Below, in pieces: positions 45,904 to 55,801 of a stretch of DNA of 64,000 nt. A model generated the notes under the pieces. That model was not told the origin of the DNA, did not search any database, and worked only from the letters and a program-made list of their open reading frames with translations. The stretch comes from Synechococcus sp. GTDB lineage: Bacteria; Cyanobacteriota; Cyanobacteriia; PCC-6307; Cyanobiaceae. The translations under genes and the position numbers were made by a program. The stretch spans positions 1,152,001-1,216,000 of the forward strand of contig JBJBCN010000002.1 in the NCBI GenBank assembly GCA_047285805.1, written 5' to 3'. Positions within the stretch are counted from its first letter, which is position 1. Each line of letters begins with the position of its first letter.

Positions 45904-47093
45904 GCCCCCGTACGCGCGGCCCCAGCCTCCAAGGCCGCCGTGTCATGGACGAGCGCCAGGCGGGCGAATCCTTCTCCCCCCCTACCAAAACCATTGCCCG
46001 GGGTTAAACACACCCCCGTGGCGTCCAACAGCTGGGCACAGAACTGCTCGGAATCCCAGCCGCGCTGGCGTGCATGCTCAGGCAAGCTAAGCCAGAGGTA
46101 GAGCGCCATCGAGGGGCGCTGGACTGGCCAACCGGCCGCCTTCAAGGCCGCCATCATCCGGTCCCGGCGCTCCCGATAGATGGGTTTGAGCCGCTCGGGC
46201 CAGTCCGGCGCCTGCTCGAGGGCTGCAAGCCCCCCCGCCTGCAGGGCCAAGGACTGGTTGAAATCCACCACACCCTTGAGTTGGCGCAGGGCCTGGATCA
46301 ACGGGGGCGCGCCAATCGCGAAGGCCATCCGGAAGCCCCCCAAACACCAACCCTTCGAGAAGGAGAAGAACTCAATGCCGCACTGACGCCAATTGGGGGA
46401 GCGCAGCAGGGACGGGGCCTCCCCCTCCAGCGCCAGGTCGACATATGGGTTGTCGTGGGCCAAGACCAAGCCATGGCTCACCGCCCGCGCCGCGGCTTCA
46501 TCGACCCAGGCCTGCTCTCCGGTCGTGGCCGTTGGGTTGTGGGGGAAGCCCAGCACCATCAACTTCAGCGCGTCCCACTCGGCCGAACTGAGCTGATCAA
46601 AGTTAGGGACAAAGCCATTCGCTGGATCCAACCGCAGAAAACGCGGCTGGGCCGAAGCCAACCGCAGACCCCCGAGGTGGGAGGGATAGAAGGGGTCGAG
46701 CAACAGCGCGGAATCCCCAGGATTCAGAACCGCCAAGGGCAGATGGGCCGTTCCCTCCTGGGAACCCACCAGAAACAGCACCTCGGTGGCTGGATTTACC
46801 GCCACGCCAAACCGGCGCTGGGCCCAAGCAGCGACCGCCTCCCTCAATGGTGCCGTGGCGCCATGGAGGCAATAGGAGGCGCTTGCGGGATCCCCCAAAC
46901 GCTCTCGGATTGCCTCAATCGCCACCGGCGGGGGTTGAAGATCTGTCGACCCCAACGAGAGATCGAGCAGAGGGGTCAGTCCGGCCGCAGGCCGGGCCCT
47001 GTAGGCCACCTTGCGTTGGTCATTGCGGGAAAAAACGCCGCTGCCTAAGCCACGAACCCGTTCAGAAATCGAGAACGGTTCAGAGCTGAGCAT
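45885..47093 (-). CDS. Aminotransferase class I/II (LL-DAP aminotransferase-like)
   Basis: GSQEG, FPHNPT, HDNPY, SFSKGW.LGGFR. Confidence 0.9.
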   Translation of the reverse strand: MLSSEPFSISERVRGLGSGVFSRNDQRKVAYRARPAAGLTPLLDLSLGSTDLQPPPVAIEAIRERLGDPASASYCLHGATAPLREAVAAWAQRRFGVAVNPATEVLFLVGSQEGTAHLPLAVLNPGDSALLLDPFYPSHLGGLRLASAQPRFLRLDPANGFVPNFDQLSSAEWDALKLMVLGFPHNPTATTGEQAWVDEAAARAVSHGLVLAHDNPYVDLALEGEAPSLLRSPNWRQCGIEFFSFSKGWCLGGFRMAFAIGAPPLIQALRQLKGVVDFNQSLALQAGGLAALEQAPDWPERLKPIYRERRDRMMAALKAAGWPVQRPSMALYLWLSLPEHARQRGWDSEQFCAQLLDATGVCLTPGNGFGRGGEGFARLALVHDTAALEAGAARTGAWLNSL

Positions 47094-47412
47094 CCAAGAA
47101 AGCCTGGAGCTGGGGCTTGGCCATCGCACCTTCATGGCGGGCGATCTCTTGGCCGTCCTTGAAGAGCACCAAGGCGGGCAGACCCTGAACTTGCATAAGA
47201 TCTCGGCTCGAGGGGTTTGGGTCCGCCTCCAACTTGCCCACGGTCAGACGACCGGCGTAGGCCTCAGCAGCCCAATCCATCATCGGGGCCATCAGACGGC
47301 AGGGACCGCACCAGGTGGCCCAAACGTCAACCAGGACTGGGGTCGAGCACTCCAACACCTCGACCTGGAAGTTGGCATCGGTGAGCTGAAGAACGGACAC
47401 AGCAGCAGTCAT
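47080..47412 (-). CDS. Thioredoxin
   Basis: WATWCGPC active site. Confidence 0.95.
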   Translation of the reverse strand: MTAAVSVLQLTDANFQVEVLECSTPVLVDVWATWCGPCRLMAPMMDWAAEAYAGRLTVGKLEADPNPSSRDLMQVQGLPALVLFKDGQEIARHEGAMAKPQLQAFLDAQL

Positions 47413-47436
47413 GGGTCAGGCGATTGTATGGAGGGC

Positions 47437-48204
47437 TCAGAGCTTGTCGATTGAACGCCTGAGCTGTTCAAGCTCCGTATCAACCTCGCTCACCTTGACG
47501 GGCTGAACCTCTTCCCCACCGGCGGGCAGGGAGGGCGCTGTCGCAGACCCCGACAGCTTGCCCTTGAGAGCTTCGAGCTCGGAATCCACTTCGGGTGCCT
47601 CTTCCAGGGCAGCAAACTGACTTTCCAGATCAGCCCCAGCCAGTTCAGCGGCGGCCTGACTACGGGCCTCGAGGGCTTGCACCTTCTCCTCCATCTGCTC
47701 GAAGGCAGCCATGGACGAATTCGTGCCGAGACTGCCCACGGCACTCTGCAGTTGCTCCTGGGCTTGGGCGGCTTGGGCCCGCGCTTTGAGCATGTCCTTT
47801 TTGGTCTTGGCTTCGGCGATCTTGCTCTCGAGCTGCACCAAGCTCTTTTTGAGCTGATCCACCTGGCCGCATTGGCTTTGCAACTGCCCCTGCAGGGCGG
47901 TCGCCGTGTCCTGGCAGGTCTTGCGGCGCCCGAGGGCTTCACGGGCCAGGTCCTCTTCCCCTTTCTTCAGCGCCAACTCGGCTCGTTCGTACCAGGTCTT
48001 GGCCTGGGCATCGGCCTGATCGGCCTGGTTCTGAATGCGCTTTTGGCTGGCGATGGCCGTGGCGACCGCCTGGCGCAGTTTGACGAGATCGGACTGCATA
48101 TCCGCGACCGACTGGTCGAGGATCTTCACTGGATCTTCAGCCGCACTCAGGGCTGCGTTGGCGTTGGCACGAACCAGCCGGCCGAGGCGATCAAAAAAGC
48201 CCAT
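47437..48204 (-). CDS. vipp1: PspA/IM30 family protein Vipp1
   Basis: MGFFDRL, EDP.KIL.Q, long coiled coil, LESQFAALE, C-terminal extra helix. Confidence 0.92.
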   Translation of the reverse strand: MGFFDRLGRLVRANANAALSAAEDPVKILDQSVADMQSDLVKLRQAVATAIASQKRIQNQADQADAQAKTWYERAELALKKGEEDLAREALGRRKTCQDTATALQGQLQSQCGQVDQLKKSLVQLESKIAEAKTKKDMLKARAQAAQAQEQLQSAVGSLGTNSSMAAFEQMEEKVQALEARSQAAAELAGADLESQFAALEEAPEVDSELEALKGKLSGSATAPSLPAGGEEVQPVKVSEVDTELEQLRRSIDKL

Positions 48205-48280
48205 GGAGCGAGCAGAGCTGTGGCCGAGACTAACCAGAGTGAGCTGCCCTGCACAGCGCTACTTCCACTAGGGTCCATCC

Positions 48281-48850
48281 ATGGGCATCGCCCCCCGCAA
48301 CCAGACGCGCCGCCAAGGGGACGTCAACCTCTTAGTGACGCCGCCCCGGCCACCGATTCAAGGTCTAGGCGAATCCCTTAACGGCCTGCAGCGGGAGTGG
48401 AAAGACGAAGGCAGCCTGGCGGGGCTCTGGCATGCCTGGCCGCGCATTGCCGGCCCACAACTCGCGCCCCACTGCCGCCCCTTGCGGCTCCACGGCGGAC
48501 GGCTCGTCGTGGGGGCCAGTCACCCCCAATGGCTCCAGGCCCTGCGCTTCAACAAGCACCAGCTACTCGGCGCCCTGCGCGGGGCGGGCTTTGCCGTGAA
48601 GGATCTGCAGTTCCAGCAACACCAAAGCACCCCCTTACCCCTGGCCGGCAGCGGCCTGGAAGAGCAGGTCTGGGCTCAGCACCCCAGCCGCGTGGATGTC
48701 TTCGGCATGGGGTCCTGCCCCCAGTGCAAGCGCCCCTCACCGCTCGGGGAACTCCAGCGTTGGGGGCACTGCAGCTTTTGCCAGCGGGACAAGATGGACA
48801 ACGGCGTCGCGATGGGGACGCCGAGCCTGGAGTCCGAGTCGGATCAGTAG
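48281..48850 (+). CDS. DUF721/DciA family protein with Zn-finger
   Basis: W..IAGPQLAPHCRP...LVVGA..PQW; CPQC...CSFC. Confidence 0.82.
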   Translation: MGIAPRNQTRRQGDVNLLVTPPRPPIQGLGESLNGLQREWKDEGSLAGLWHAWPRIAGPQLAPHCRPLRLHGGRLVVGASHPQWLQALRFNKHQLLGALRGAGFAVKDLQFQQHQSTPLPLAGSGLEEQVWAQHPSRVDVFGMGSCPQCKRPSPLGELQRWGHCSFCQRDKMDNGVAMGTPSLESESDQ

Positions 48851-50655
48851 CGCTCGGGCCGGGGCTCCTGCCAATCCGTAGTCAGACCGGCCCGGTTACC
48901 GAGGGATTGTGACCACTGGGCCAGATCGGGTCGAGGGACCCGCCAAAGCTCGTAGAGGCCAACGGTGCCCAGGCGCTGGTGGGGAACCCCGCGCCAATGG
49001 GGCAGTGCGGCGGTGTTGCCATCGATGACCACCAGAACACTGGACCCCGGGGTAGCCGGCGTCGGGACCTGTCCGCGACGCGCCTCATTAGCCAGCCGGT
49101 CCGTGAGATTCAACGGACCATTGGGCTGAACCCCCTCGTAGACCACAACTTGCTGTGTGTAGTAGTGCAGCGAAGGCTTGAGGATGCCCACCATCGCCAG
49201 TGGTTCATGAGGCCGCTGCTGCTCGAGCACCAGGGCCGCCATGCGGCGCACAGGGAGCTGTCTCAAACGATCCCCTAACTCCACCATCGGCACCAGGGCC
49301 GTCAGAACGAATGCCCCCATGCCCAACTGCTGCACCAGCAGCCAGCCCCGGCGCGTACTGGCGGGTCCCCACCAGAGCAGCAGCGCCGCCAACCCGCCAA
49401 GGCCGAAGCAGAGGGAAGCCCGCTGAACGGCTCCACTGGCCAACAGCGACGCGGAGAGGGTGGGCATCTCCGGTTCATTGATCAGGGGAACCCAGAGCTG
49501 TCCAGCCGCCAGGCCCGCGGTTAGTACAGCAACCAGGGCCAAGGTCGTTCCCCGCAGGGTCTCTGCACGCCAGCCCGAGCGCAGCTGTTGCGCGGCCAGG
49601 GCAATCAAGAGGCCGGCGGCGGGCGTCGCGGGGATCCAGTAGCTCGGAAGTTTGGTGGCCGCCGCCGTGAAGAAGACAAAGACAGCCAGCAGCCAAGAGG
49701 CCGCGAAGCGTTGGAGGGACTGCTCGGGCGCCACCGGCCGTGGCCGCAGGGCCCCGACCAGGCCCGCCAGCAGCAACGGGGTGAAGGGCAGCGACGCAAC
49801 CACCAAAACCGGCAGGAAAAACCACCAGGGCTGTAGGTGGTTGTTCACCACGCCTGTGAACCGCTGCAGGTTGTGATACCCAAAAAAGCTGTCCCAGTAG
49901 GGCTGGCCTTCCACCAGTAGCTCTATGGCGTACCAAGGCAACGCCACCGCCGCGGTCAGGGCCAAGCCGCGCCAGGGTCGCCAGAGGGCCCAAAGACCAG
50001 GAAAATCCCTTTGCAGCAGGGAGAACAGCAACGCCGTCAGGCCGGCTAGCACCACCGCGACGGGCCCCTTCGCGAGCACGGCCAGACCGAGCACGAGCCA
50101 CGGGAGCCACCAGCGGCAGAGCACGGCATAGCGCCACCAGAACAGCAGCAGCGCAGCCGACAACAAGCCACTGAAGAGAGCATCGCTGACGGAGATGCGG
50201 CTCCAGATCAGCACCAATGGGGAGAGCGCAAAGGCCAAGGCCGCCGTCACGGCCGTGATCACCTGTTGCGGGGGATCGGGCAACTGGCCTTGGGGTGAGG
50301 ACTGGGGCCGGCGCAGCAAGGTCCAGGCCAGCAGCAGCATCAGGCCGATGGAACTCAGAGCGGATGGCAGGCGAGAGGCCCAGGTGCCGAGGGGGTTCCA
50401 CAGGCTCTGGCCCGGCAGGGCGTAGCCCAATCCCATCAGCCAATAGACGAGAGGGGGTTTGTCGTAGCGGGGCAAACCGTTGACCCGGGGGGTCAGCCAA
50501 TCCCCGGTGTCCACCATCGCCTTGGCGGAGGCAGCAAACAAGGGCGGCGTCTCATCCACCAAGCCGGTCAGGCCTAGCCTCCAGACGAACAGCAACAGGC
50601 CGAAGACCCCGACCAGCAGGAGCACCAACCAGGGCTTGCCGTTCCGGGGCACCAC
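48844..50655 (-). CDS. ArnT/PMT-like glycosyltransferase (GT-C fold)
   Basis: DETP.F, GDWLTP, DKPPLVYW, LAKGP, HLQPWWFF, TKLPSY; many TM segments. Confidence 0.9.
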   Translation of the reverse strand: MVPRNGKPWLVLLLVGVFGLLLFVWRLGLTGLVDETPPLFAASAKAMVDTGDWLTPRVNGLPRYDKPPLVYWLMGLGYALPGQSLWNPLGTWASRLPSALSSIGLMLLLAWTLLRRPQSSPQGQLPDPPQQVITAVTAALAFALSPLVLIWSRISVSDALFSGLLSAALLLFWWRYAVLCRWWLPWLVLGLAVLAKGPVAVVLAGLTALLFSLLQRDFPGLWALWRPWRGLALTAAVALPWYAIELLVEGQPYWDSFFGYHNLQRFTGVVNNHLQPWWFFLPVLVVASLPFTPLLLAGLVGALRPRPVAPEQSLQRFAASWLLAVFVFFTAAATKLPSYWIPATPAAGLLIALAAQQLRSGWRAETLRGTTLALVAVLTAGLAAGQLWVPLINEPEMPTLSASLLASGAVQRASLCFGLGGLAALLLWWGPASTRRGWLLVQQLGMGAFVLTALVPMVELGDRLRQLPVRRMAALVLEQQRPHEPLAMVGILKPSLHYYTQQVVVYEGVQPNGPLNLTDRLANEARRGQVPTPATPGSSVLVVIDGNTAALPHWRGVPHQRLGTVGLYELWRVPRPDLAQWSQSLGNRAGLTTDWQEPRPERY

Positions 50656-50678
50656 AGCGGATCGCAAGGGGCCTGACC

Positions 50679-51767
50679 CTATCGCTCTTTCCTGATCAAG
50701 CCGGCTTGTAGCCACTGCTCGAGCCGCTCCGCCAAGACAGCCTTCGACGCCTGCTCTTCGACCCACTGGCGGCACTGACGGCGATCGATCTGATCCACCC
50801 GTTCCAGGGCTTCGACCAAGGCGGACGGCTGATCCGGCTCTACCAGCCAACCGTTTAGACCCGGCTGAACCAATTCCCCGGGGCCGCCGCGGCGGTACGC
50901 CACCACTGGGACGCCACAGGCCATGGCCTCCACCACGACATTTCCGTAGGCCTCATTCCACTTCGGGGTATTGAGCAGGGCGCGGCAGCGGCGCAGCTGG
51001 GCCTGGAGCGCGGCGGTGGGCAGAAAGCCCCGCCAATCCAATGTTCCGGGCGCCACGGAGGCCTCGACCCGCTCTGCATAGCCGGGGTCCTCCACCAGCC
51101 CCCAAACCGCCAGGGTTTGACCGACTTGAGCCGCCGCCGCCGCCGCGTCCTCCAATCCTTTCTCAGGGGCCACCCGGCCCACCCAACCCAGGAGGGAATC
51201 GGGCTCGAGGCAGAGGCTGTAGTCCGCGAGATTAAAACCATTCCCCACCACCACAGGTGGCTGCGGCAGGTCGAAATCGGCTGCTTGGCTGGCGGTATGG
51301 AAGGCCAGACGCCGTTGATCCCAACGCGCCAGCTCTGCAATGGTCGCATCCATGACCTGGTTCACCGAGCCCATGCTCACTAGGTGAAAGACCGGCACCT
51401 CCACCAGAGGAGTCAGCCAAAACGGCAGCCAGTCGTAGCCGAGGTTCAGGACGACATCAATGGGCTCTTGCAGCGCCCGCTGCCAGAGCCTGGGCAGCAG
51501 GCCCTGGGCTGGCATCCAAACGTCAGAGTTCCGTGGTGCGTGCTGACAACTCTCTTGGGGGGCACCGGGTTCCAGCACCAGTGCGGCCCCCTGGCAACTG
51601 GGGGGCAAGCTCGACCCCTCAGCCGCGGCCACCGTCAGGCGATGGCCACGCTCCAGAAGCCCACTCACCACGCTCACCAGGGTGAGCTCAACTCCCCCAG
51701 CCTTGCCACTTCCCAAGGGCCCCAGGGCAGGGGCGACCACCAGGATGGAGAGCGCGCGAGCACTCAT
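50679..51767 (-). CDS. Glycosyltransferase family 4
   Basis: GGVE, GRVAPEKG, EAYGNVVVEAMACGVPV. Confidence 0.92.
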   Translation of the reverse strand: MSARALSILVVAPALGPLGSGKAGGVELTLVSVVSGLLERGHRLTVAAAEGSSLPPSCQGAALVLEPGAPQESCQHAPRNSDVWMPAQGLLPRLWQRALQEPIDVVLNLGYDWLPFWLTPLVEVPVFHLVSMGSVNQVMDATIAELARWDQRRLAFHTASQAADFDLPQPPVVVGNGFNLADYSLCLEPDSLLGWVGRVAPEKGLEDAAAAAAQVGQTLAVWGLVEDPGYAERVEASVAPGTLDWRGFLPTAALQAQLRRCRALLNTPKWNEAYGNVVVEAMACGVPVVAYRRGGPGELVQPGLNGWLVEPDQPSALVEALERVDQIDRRQCRQWVEEQASKAVLAERLEQWLQAGLIRKER

Positions 51768-52720
51768 GGGGTGACCTCCTGCTCGAGCTGCCAGAGCTGG
51801 ATGCGTCGATTGATCAAGACCACGCTCAACAGCGCCAGGGCTGCCCCCAACCACTGCAAGGGGGTCAATGTCTCCTGGAGAAAGACCACCCCACAGAGCA
51901 ACGCAAAAACAGGCGTCAGAAACGTCAGGGCCGTGAAGCTGGTCAGCTCGGCGTGGTTGGCAAACCAGAAGAACAGCCCATAGGCCAGGGCACTGCCAAA
52001 GAGCGCCGCATAGACCATTAGCAACCAATCGAGGCCTGACCACTGTGGCCAGGGGCCAAGCGCTGCTGCATTCCAGAGCGGTTCCAGCGCCGCTCCCGCG
52101 AGCAGCGGCAAGGCCCCAAGCGCCAGGTGCCAACCGGTGACCGCCACGGGATCGCTGTGGCGACAGGCGTAGCGGCTCAACACCGTTCCCAAAGCCATGG
52201 CCAACGCCGCCGCCAACATCCAAAGCTCACCGTGGCTCCAGGCGACCTCCCCTAGAACTTCCGGCCCCATCAGCCACCACTGGCTCAGCAGGGGCTCAGG
52301 CAACCCCAAACAAAGGATGCCGAGCAAGCCCACGAGCAAGCCCACCCACCCCACAGGATTAATTGCCTCACCAAACAGGCTGCGGGCCAGCAGAGCCACC
52401 AGCAAGGGCTGGGAATCAATCAGGACCGAGCCCAGGCCAGCCCCCGTGCCACCCAGGCCGCGCGCAAGCAAGCCCTGAAAGGCCGTGGCATCCACGACGG
52501 CAAAGAGGGCAAACCACAGCCAATCGCGGCGATCGACCGCCAGGGAGCGGCCCAGCACCTGGGCCGCCAGCAGGACCACGAGCCCAGCCGGCAGCAACCG
52601 CATCCAGGCCAAGGTGAGCGGCCCAGCCCCATCGAGTAGGGGCCGCATCGCCGCCATCGCCGTTCCCCATAAGGCAAAGGGAAGCACCATGGCCAGCCAG
52701 CGCAGGTTCACCAGCTCCAA
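51764..52720 (-). CDS. DMT/EamA family transporter
   Basis: ALWG, two EamA repeats, FLTPVFA; about 10 TM segments. Confidence 0.92.
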   Translation of the reverse strand: MELVNLRWLAMVLPFALWGTAMAAMRPLLDGAGPLTLAWMRLLPAGLVVLLAAQVLGRSLAVDRRDWLWFALFAVVDATAFQGLLARGLGGTGAGLGSVLIDSQPLLVALLARSLFGEAINPVGWVGLLVGLLGILCLGLPEPLLSQWWLMGPEVLGEVAWSHGELWMLAAALAMALGTVLSRYACRHSDPVAVTGWHLALGALPLLAGAALEPLWNAAALGPWPQWSGLDWLLMVYAALFGSALAYGLFFWFANHAELTSFTALTFLTPVFALLCGVVFLQETLTPLQWLGAALALLSVVLINRRIQLWQLEQEVTP

Positions 52721-52767
52721 CCGCCCACAGGCTCCTTTTTAAGATCCAGCCACTGCAGATCGACTCG

Positions 52768-53580
52768 ATGCCCTGGCCCTGGCGACGCAAGTCACGCCGC
52801 AAACTCGCGCGCATTGCCATTGAAGGGCCCATCGCCTCGGGCACGCGCAAACGGGTGCTGAAGGCCCTACGCGAGGTCGAAAAGCGGGAGTTCCCCGCTC
52901 TCTTGCTGCGCATCGACAGCCCCGGCGGAACCGTGGGGGACAGCCAGGAAATCCACGCGGCCTTGCTGCGGCTGCGTGAGAAAAACTGCAAGGTCATCGC
53001 CAGCTTCGGCAACATTTCCGCCTCCGGTGGCGTCTACATCGGTGTCGCCGCCGACAAGATCGTGTCTAACCCTGGCTCGATCACCGGCTCCATCGGTGTG
53101 ATCCTTCGGGGCAACAACCTTTCCCGGCTGCTGGAGCGCATCGGCATCCAGTTTGAGACGGTCAAGAGTGGTCTCTATAAGGACATCTTGTCCCCCGATC
53201 GCGCCCTCAGTACTGACGAGCGGAAGCTGCTGCAGGAACTGATCGACTCCAGCTACGGACAGTTCGTGGCGGCCGTTGCGGAAGGGCGAGGCCTCAGCGA
53301 GGAGTCCGTGCGTCGCTTTGCCGATGGTCGAGTCTTCAGCGGTGCCCAGGCCAAAGACTTGGGGCTGGTGGATGAACTCGGGGATGAGGAGCAGGCCAGG
53401 CGCTTGGCCTGTGAATTGGCTGAGTTGGATCTGGAGAGAACCAAACCGATCACCTTTGGCCAAGATAAGAACCGCTTTGCGGGCGTCATCCCTGGCCGTT
53501 CTCTGTTCTCCCTTGCCCTTCAGTGGCTCAAGCTGGAGCTCAGCACCAGCGGCCAACCCCTTTGGCTGCATCGTCCATGA
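52768..53580 (+). CDS. sppA: Signal peptide peptidase SppA (short, 36K type)
   Basis: RIDSPGG, ASGGVY, TGSIGV, KSGLYKD, ADGRVF. Confidence 0.94.
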   Translation: MPWPWRRKSRRKLARIAIEGPIASGTRKRVLKALREVEKREFPALLLRIDSPGGTVGDSQEIHAALLRLREKNCKVIASFGNISASGGVYIGVAADKIVSNPGSITGSIGVILRGNNLSRLLERIGIQFETVKSGLYKDILSPDRALSTDERKLLQELIDSSYGQFVAAVAEGRGLSEESVRRFADGRVFSGAQAKDLGLVDELGDEEQARRLACELAELDLERTKPITFGQDKNRFAGVIPGRSLFSLALQWLKLELSTSGQPLWLHRP

Positions 53581-53948
53581 GCCCTGAGCAATCGCTCCGA
53601 GCCCTCCGGGGCGCCACCACGGCGACGGCGAACAGCCGCGAAGCCATCCAGGAGGCGGTGGAGGAGCTGCTGAATGCGCTGGTGGAACGCAACAACCTGA
53701 GCGGCGAGCAAATCCTTTCGCTGACCTTTTCAGTCACCATCGATCTGGACGCCTGCTTCCCGGCGGCCATCGCCCGGCAGCATCCAGGCTGGGACGGGGT
53801 AGCCCTGCTGGACTGCCAGCAAATGGCCGTCGCCGGCGACCTGAAACGCTGCATTCGTCTTCTCGCCCACGTCTGGCTCGAGCAACCAGCGCGCCACGCC
53901 TACCTCCGGGACGCCGCCAAGCTCAGGCCCGACCTGGCCCAGTCATAA
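53577..53948 (+). CDS. aroH: Chorismate mutase, AroH class
   Basis: ALRGAT, DLDACFPA, RCIR, H.YL..A..LRPD. Confidence 0.95.
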   Translation: MSPEQSLRALRGATTATANSREAIQEAVEELLNALVERNNLSGEQILSLTFSVTIDLDACFPAAIARQHPGWDGVALLDCQQMAVAGDLKRCIRLLAHVWLEQPARHAYLRDAAKLRPDLAQS

Positions 53949-54053
53949 ACAGTTGCATCTGGTCACAACTGCCAGATGCTTGGCCGCCCACCGAGGTCGG
54001 CCCAAGTCCCCACCCCCCTGAGAATGGACCCAACGGTCCACGTTTGAGGCGCA

Positions 54054-54659
54054 ATGATCAATCGCAATCGGATCTCCTTGAAACGGACTGCAATCCAGCT
54101 CGCCGCCCTTGCTGGCTGTGGCGCAGCCCTCACCGGCGTTCAGATTGGCTTGAACCCCAAACCAGCTCTGGCGCAAGGGACTCCCAGCATCATGGAATTC
54201 CGCTGGGATAACACCAAGGACTACAGGAAGCTCTACTACTTCACGACGAACACGGTTCGTCAACAGCGTGCTGAATACTATTTTTTGCTTAAACCTAAGG
54301 ATCGCAAAACAGCGATCTTGAAGTTGGCGATTTCGATTCCCAGTAACTTCGACACAACGATTGATCCCGACAAGATCAAGCTCTGCTTCATGAAGTCGGG
54401 GAGCATGACCAAGCGAACCCGCTGCGAAGAGACCATCCCCGCGACGGTGGAGGTCACCACGGATGGGCGCTCGATCGAAATTTTCCCGGACACCCCGGTT
54501 CCGGTAGGCAAGACCATTGGGGTCTATATGAAGGTGATCAACCCACCCAGCGCTGGGATGTTCCAGCTCAATGCACTGGCCCAGGCCCCTGGCGCGGTGC
54601 CGATCTCCGGTTATCTGGGCAGCTGGCTGATCCAGGTGGATGCCACCTCGGATTTCTGA
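54054..54659 (+). CDS. DUF2808 domain secreted protein
   Basis: Signal peptide, FRWD...Y.KL, NPP..GMFQ, YLGSW; usual position upstream of rpmH. Confidence 0.8.
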   Translation: MINRNRISLKRTAIQLAALAGCGAALTGVQIGLNPKPALAQGTPSIMEFRWDNTKDYRKLYYFTTNTVRQQRAEYYFLLKPKDRKTAILKLAISIPSNFDTTIDPDKIKLCFMKSGSMTKRTRCEETIPATVEVTTDGRSIEIFPDTPVPVGKTIGVYMKVINPPSAGMFQLNALAQAPGAVPISGYLGSWLIQVDATSDF

Positions 54660-54716
54660 GTCACCTCGACTGATAAATTCTTGGATTGACGTTGAAGGCG
54701 CAGCCGAGCCGGAGCC

Positions 54717-54854
54717 ATGACCAAGCGCACCCTTGAAGGAACCAGCCGTAAGCGCAAACGGGTGTCCGGTTTCCGTGTTCGTATGCGGACCCACACCGGT
54801 CGTCGCGTGATCCGCTCCCGCCGCAAGCGCGGCCGGGCCCGTCTCGCGGTCTGA
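54717..54854 (+). CDS. rpmH: 50S ribosomal protein L34
   Basis: Translated by hand: [45 protein letters not shown]. Confidence 0.97.
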   Translation: MTKRTLEGTSRKRKRVSGFRVRMRTHTGRRVIRSRRKRGRARLAV

Positions 54855-54930
54855 TCCCCGCCACTCTCTAGAGGGCTTCATCGCGAAGCCAAACATCGCC
54901 CCCTCCGCCAACCCCGCGTAGCCCCAAGCC

Positions 54931-55311
54931 ATGGCGCTCTCTCGGGAACACAGACTGAGGGGGCGTTTTGTCTTTGATCGGATCTACCAAAAAGGTCGCC
55001 GCATCCACGGCCAATGGATGGTCCTGAGAACCCTGCCCGCCGAACCCCAGCTGCTGAAGAGAGATCCCAGGGACCGGCATCCTCTGAGCTGCCGCCTCGG
55101 GGTGGTGGTGAGCAACAAAGTCAGCAAGCGCTCGGTGCAACGCAACCGCCTGAGACGACTGCTGCATGGCCACCTCAGCCGACAAATCGCCCACCAGTGC
55201 GAAGGGTTCTGGCTGCTGATCTCGCTGAAACCCGGCAGCGCAGACGCAGAAGAGCAGGTCCTACTGGGAGAATGTTCAGAACTCCTTGCCAAGGCAGGAC
55301 TGAGACCATGA
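54931..55311 (+). CDS. rnpA: Ribonuclease P protein component
   Basis: HRLR, VVVSNKVSKRSVQRNRLRR. Confidence 0.95.
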   Translation: MALSREHRLRGRFVFDRIYQKGRRIHGQWMVLRTLPAEPQLLKRDPRDRHPLSCRLGVVVSNKVSKRSVQRNRLRRLLHGHLSRQIAHQCEGFWLLISLKPGSADAEEQVLLGECSELLAKAGLRP

Positions 55312-55760
55312 GCGCCGCCTCCAAACCCGCTCCCGTGGCCCCGGGGGCCAGCAACAATGAAGAGGTCTTCTATGAAGGCGGTCCGGCCAAAGGTGATCTG
55401 ATCACCAATCTGCTGTTTGGCCTCACTCTGATCGGCATTCCGTTTGCCGTCGGAGCCTTGGTGCGCGCCCTCTGGCTTCGTTTCCGGATCACCAGCCGTC
55501 GTGTGGAAGTGACCGGCGGCTGGCTCGGCCGAGACCGCACCCAGGTGGTCTACAGCCAGATCCGTGAGGTCCGCTCGGTCTCCCGTGGCTTCGGCTTCTG
55601 GGGTGACATGGTCGTGGTCCTCAGCGACGGCATGAAGCTGGAAATGCGCGCCGTTCCTCGCTACCGCGATGCTCAGGCCTTCATCGAGGCCCGACTGAAG
55701 ACCGGTTCCGCCGCCAAGAGCTCTGGCACCGCCGGTTTCGGTGGCGACGCCGCCGCCTGA
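55308..55760 (+). CDS. Bacterial PH domain-containing protein
   Basis: FYEGGP, RFRITSRR, WGDMV; between rnpA and yidC. Confidence 0.88.
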   Translation: MSAASKPAPVAPGASNNEEVFYEGGPAKGDLITNLLFGLTLIGIPFAVGALVRALWLRFRITSRRVEVTGGWLGRDRTQVVYSQIREVRSVSRGFGFWGDMVVVLSDGMKLEMRAVPRYRDAQAFIEARLKTGSAAKSSGTAGFGGDAAA

Positions 55761-55801
55761 GACACTGACTCACACCCCTTAACCCCTCCGTTAGCGACGC
55801 C

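Noticed and set aside
54874..54890. GGCTTC-atcgc-GAAGCC hairpin between rpmH and rnpA
   Set aside because: Short stem with no T-tract; insufficient to call a terminator or regulatory RNA
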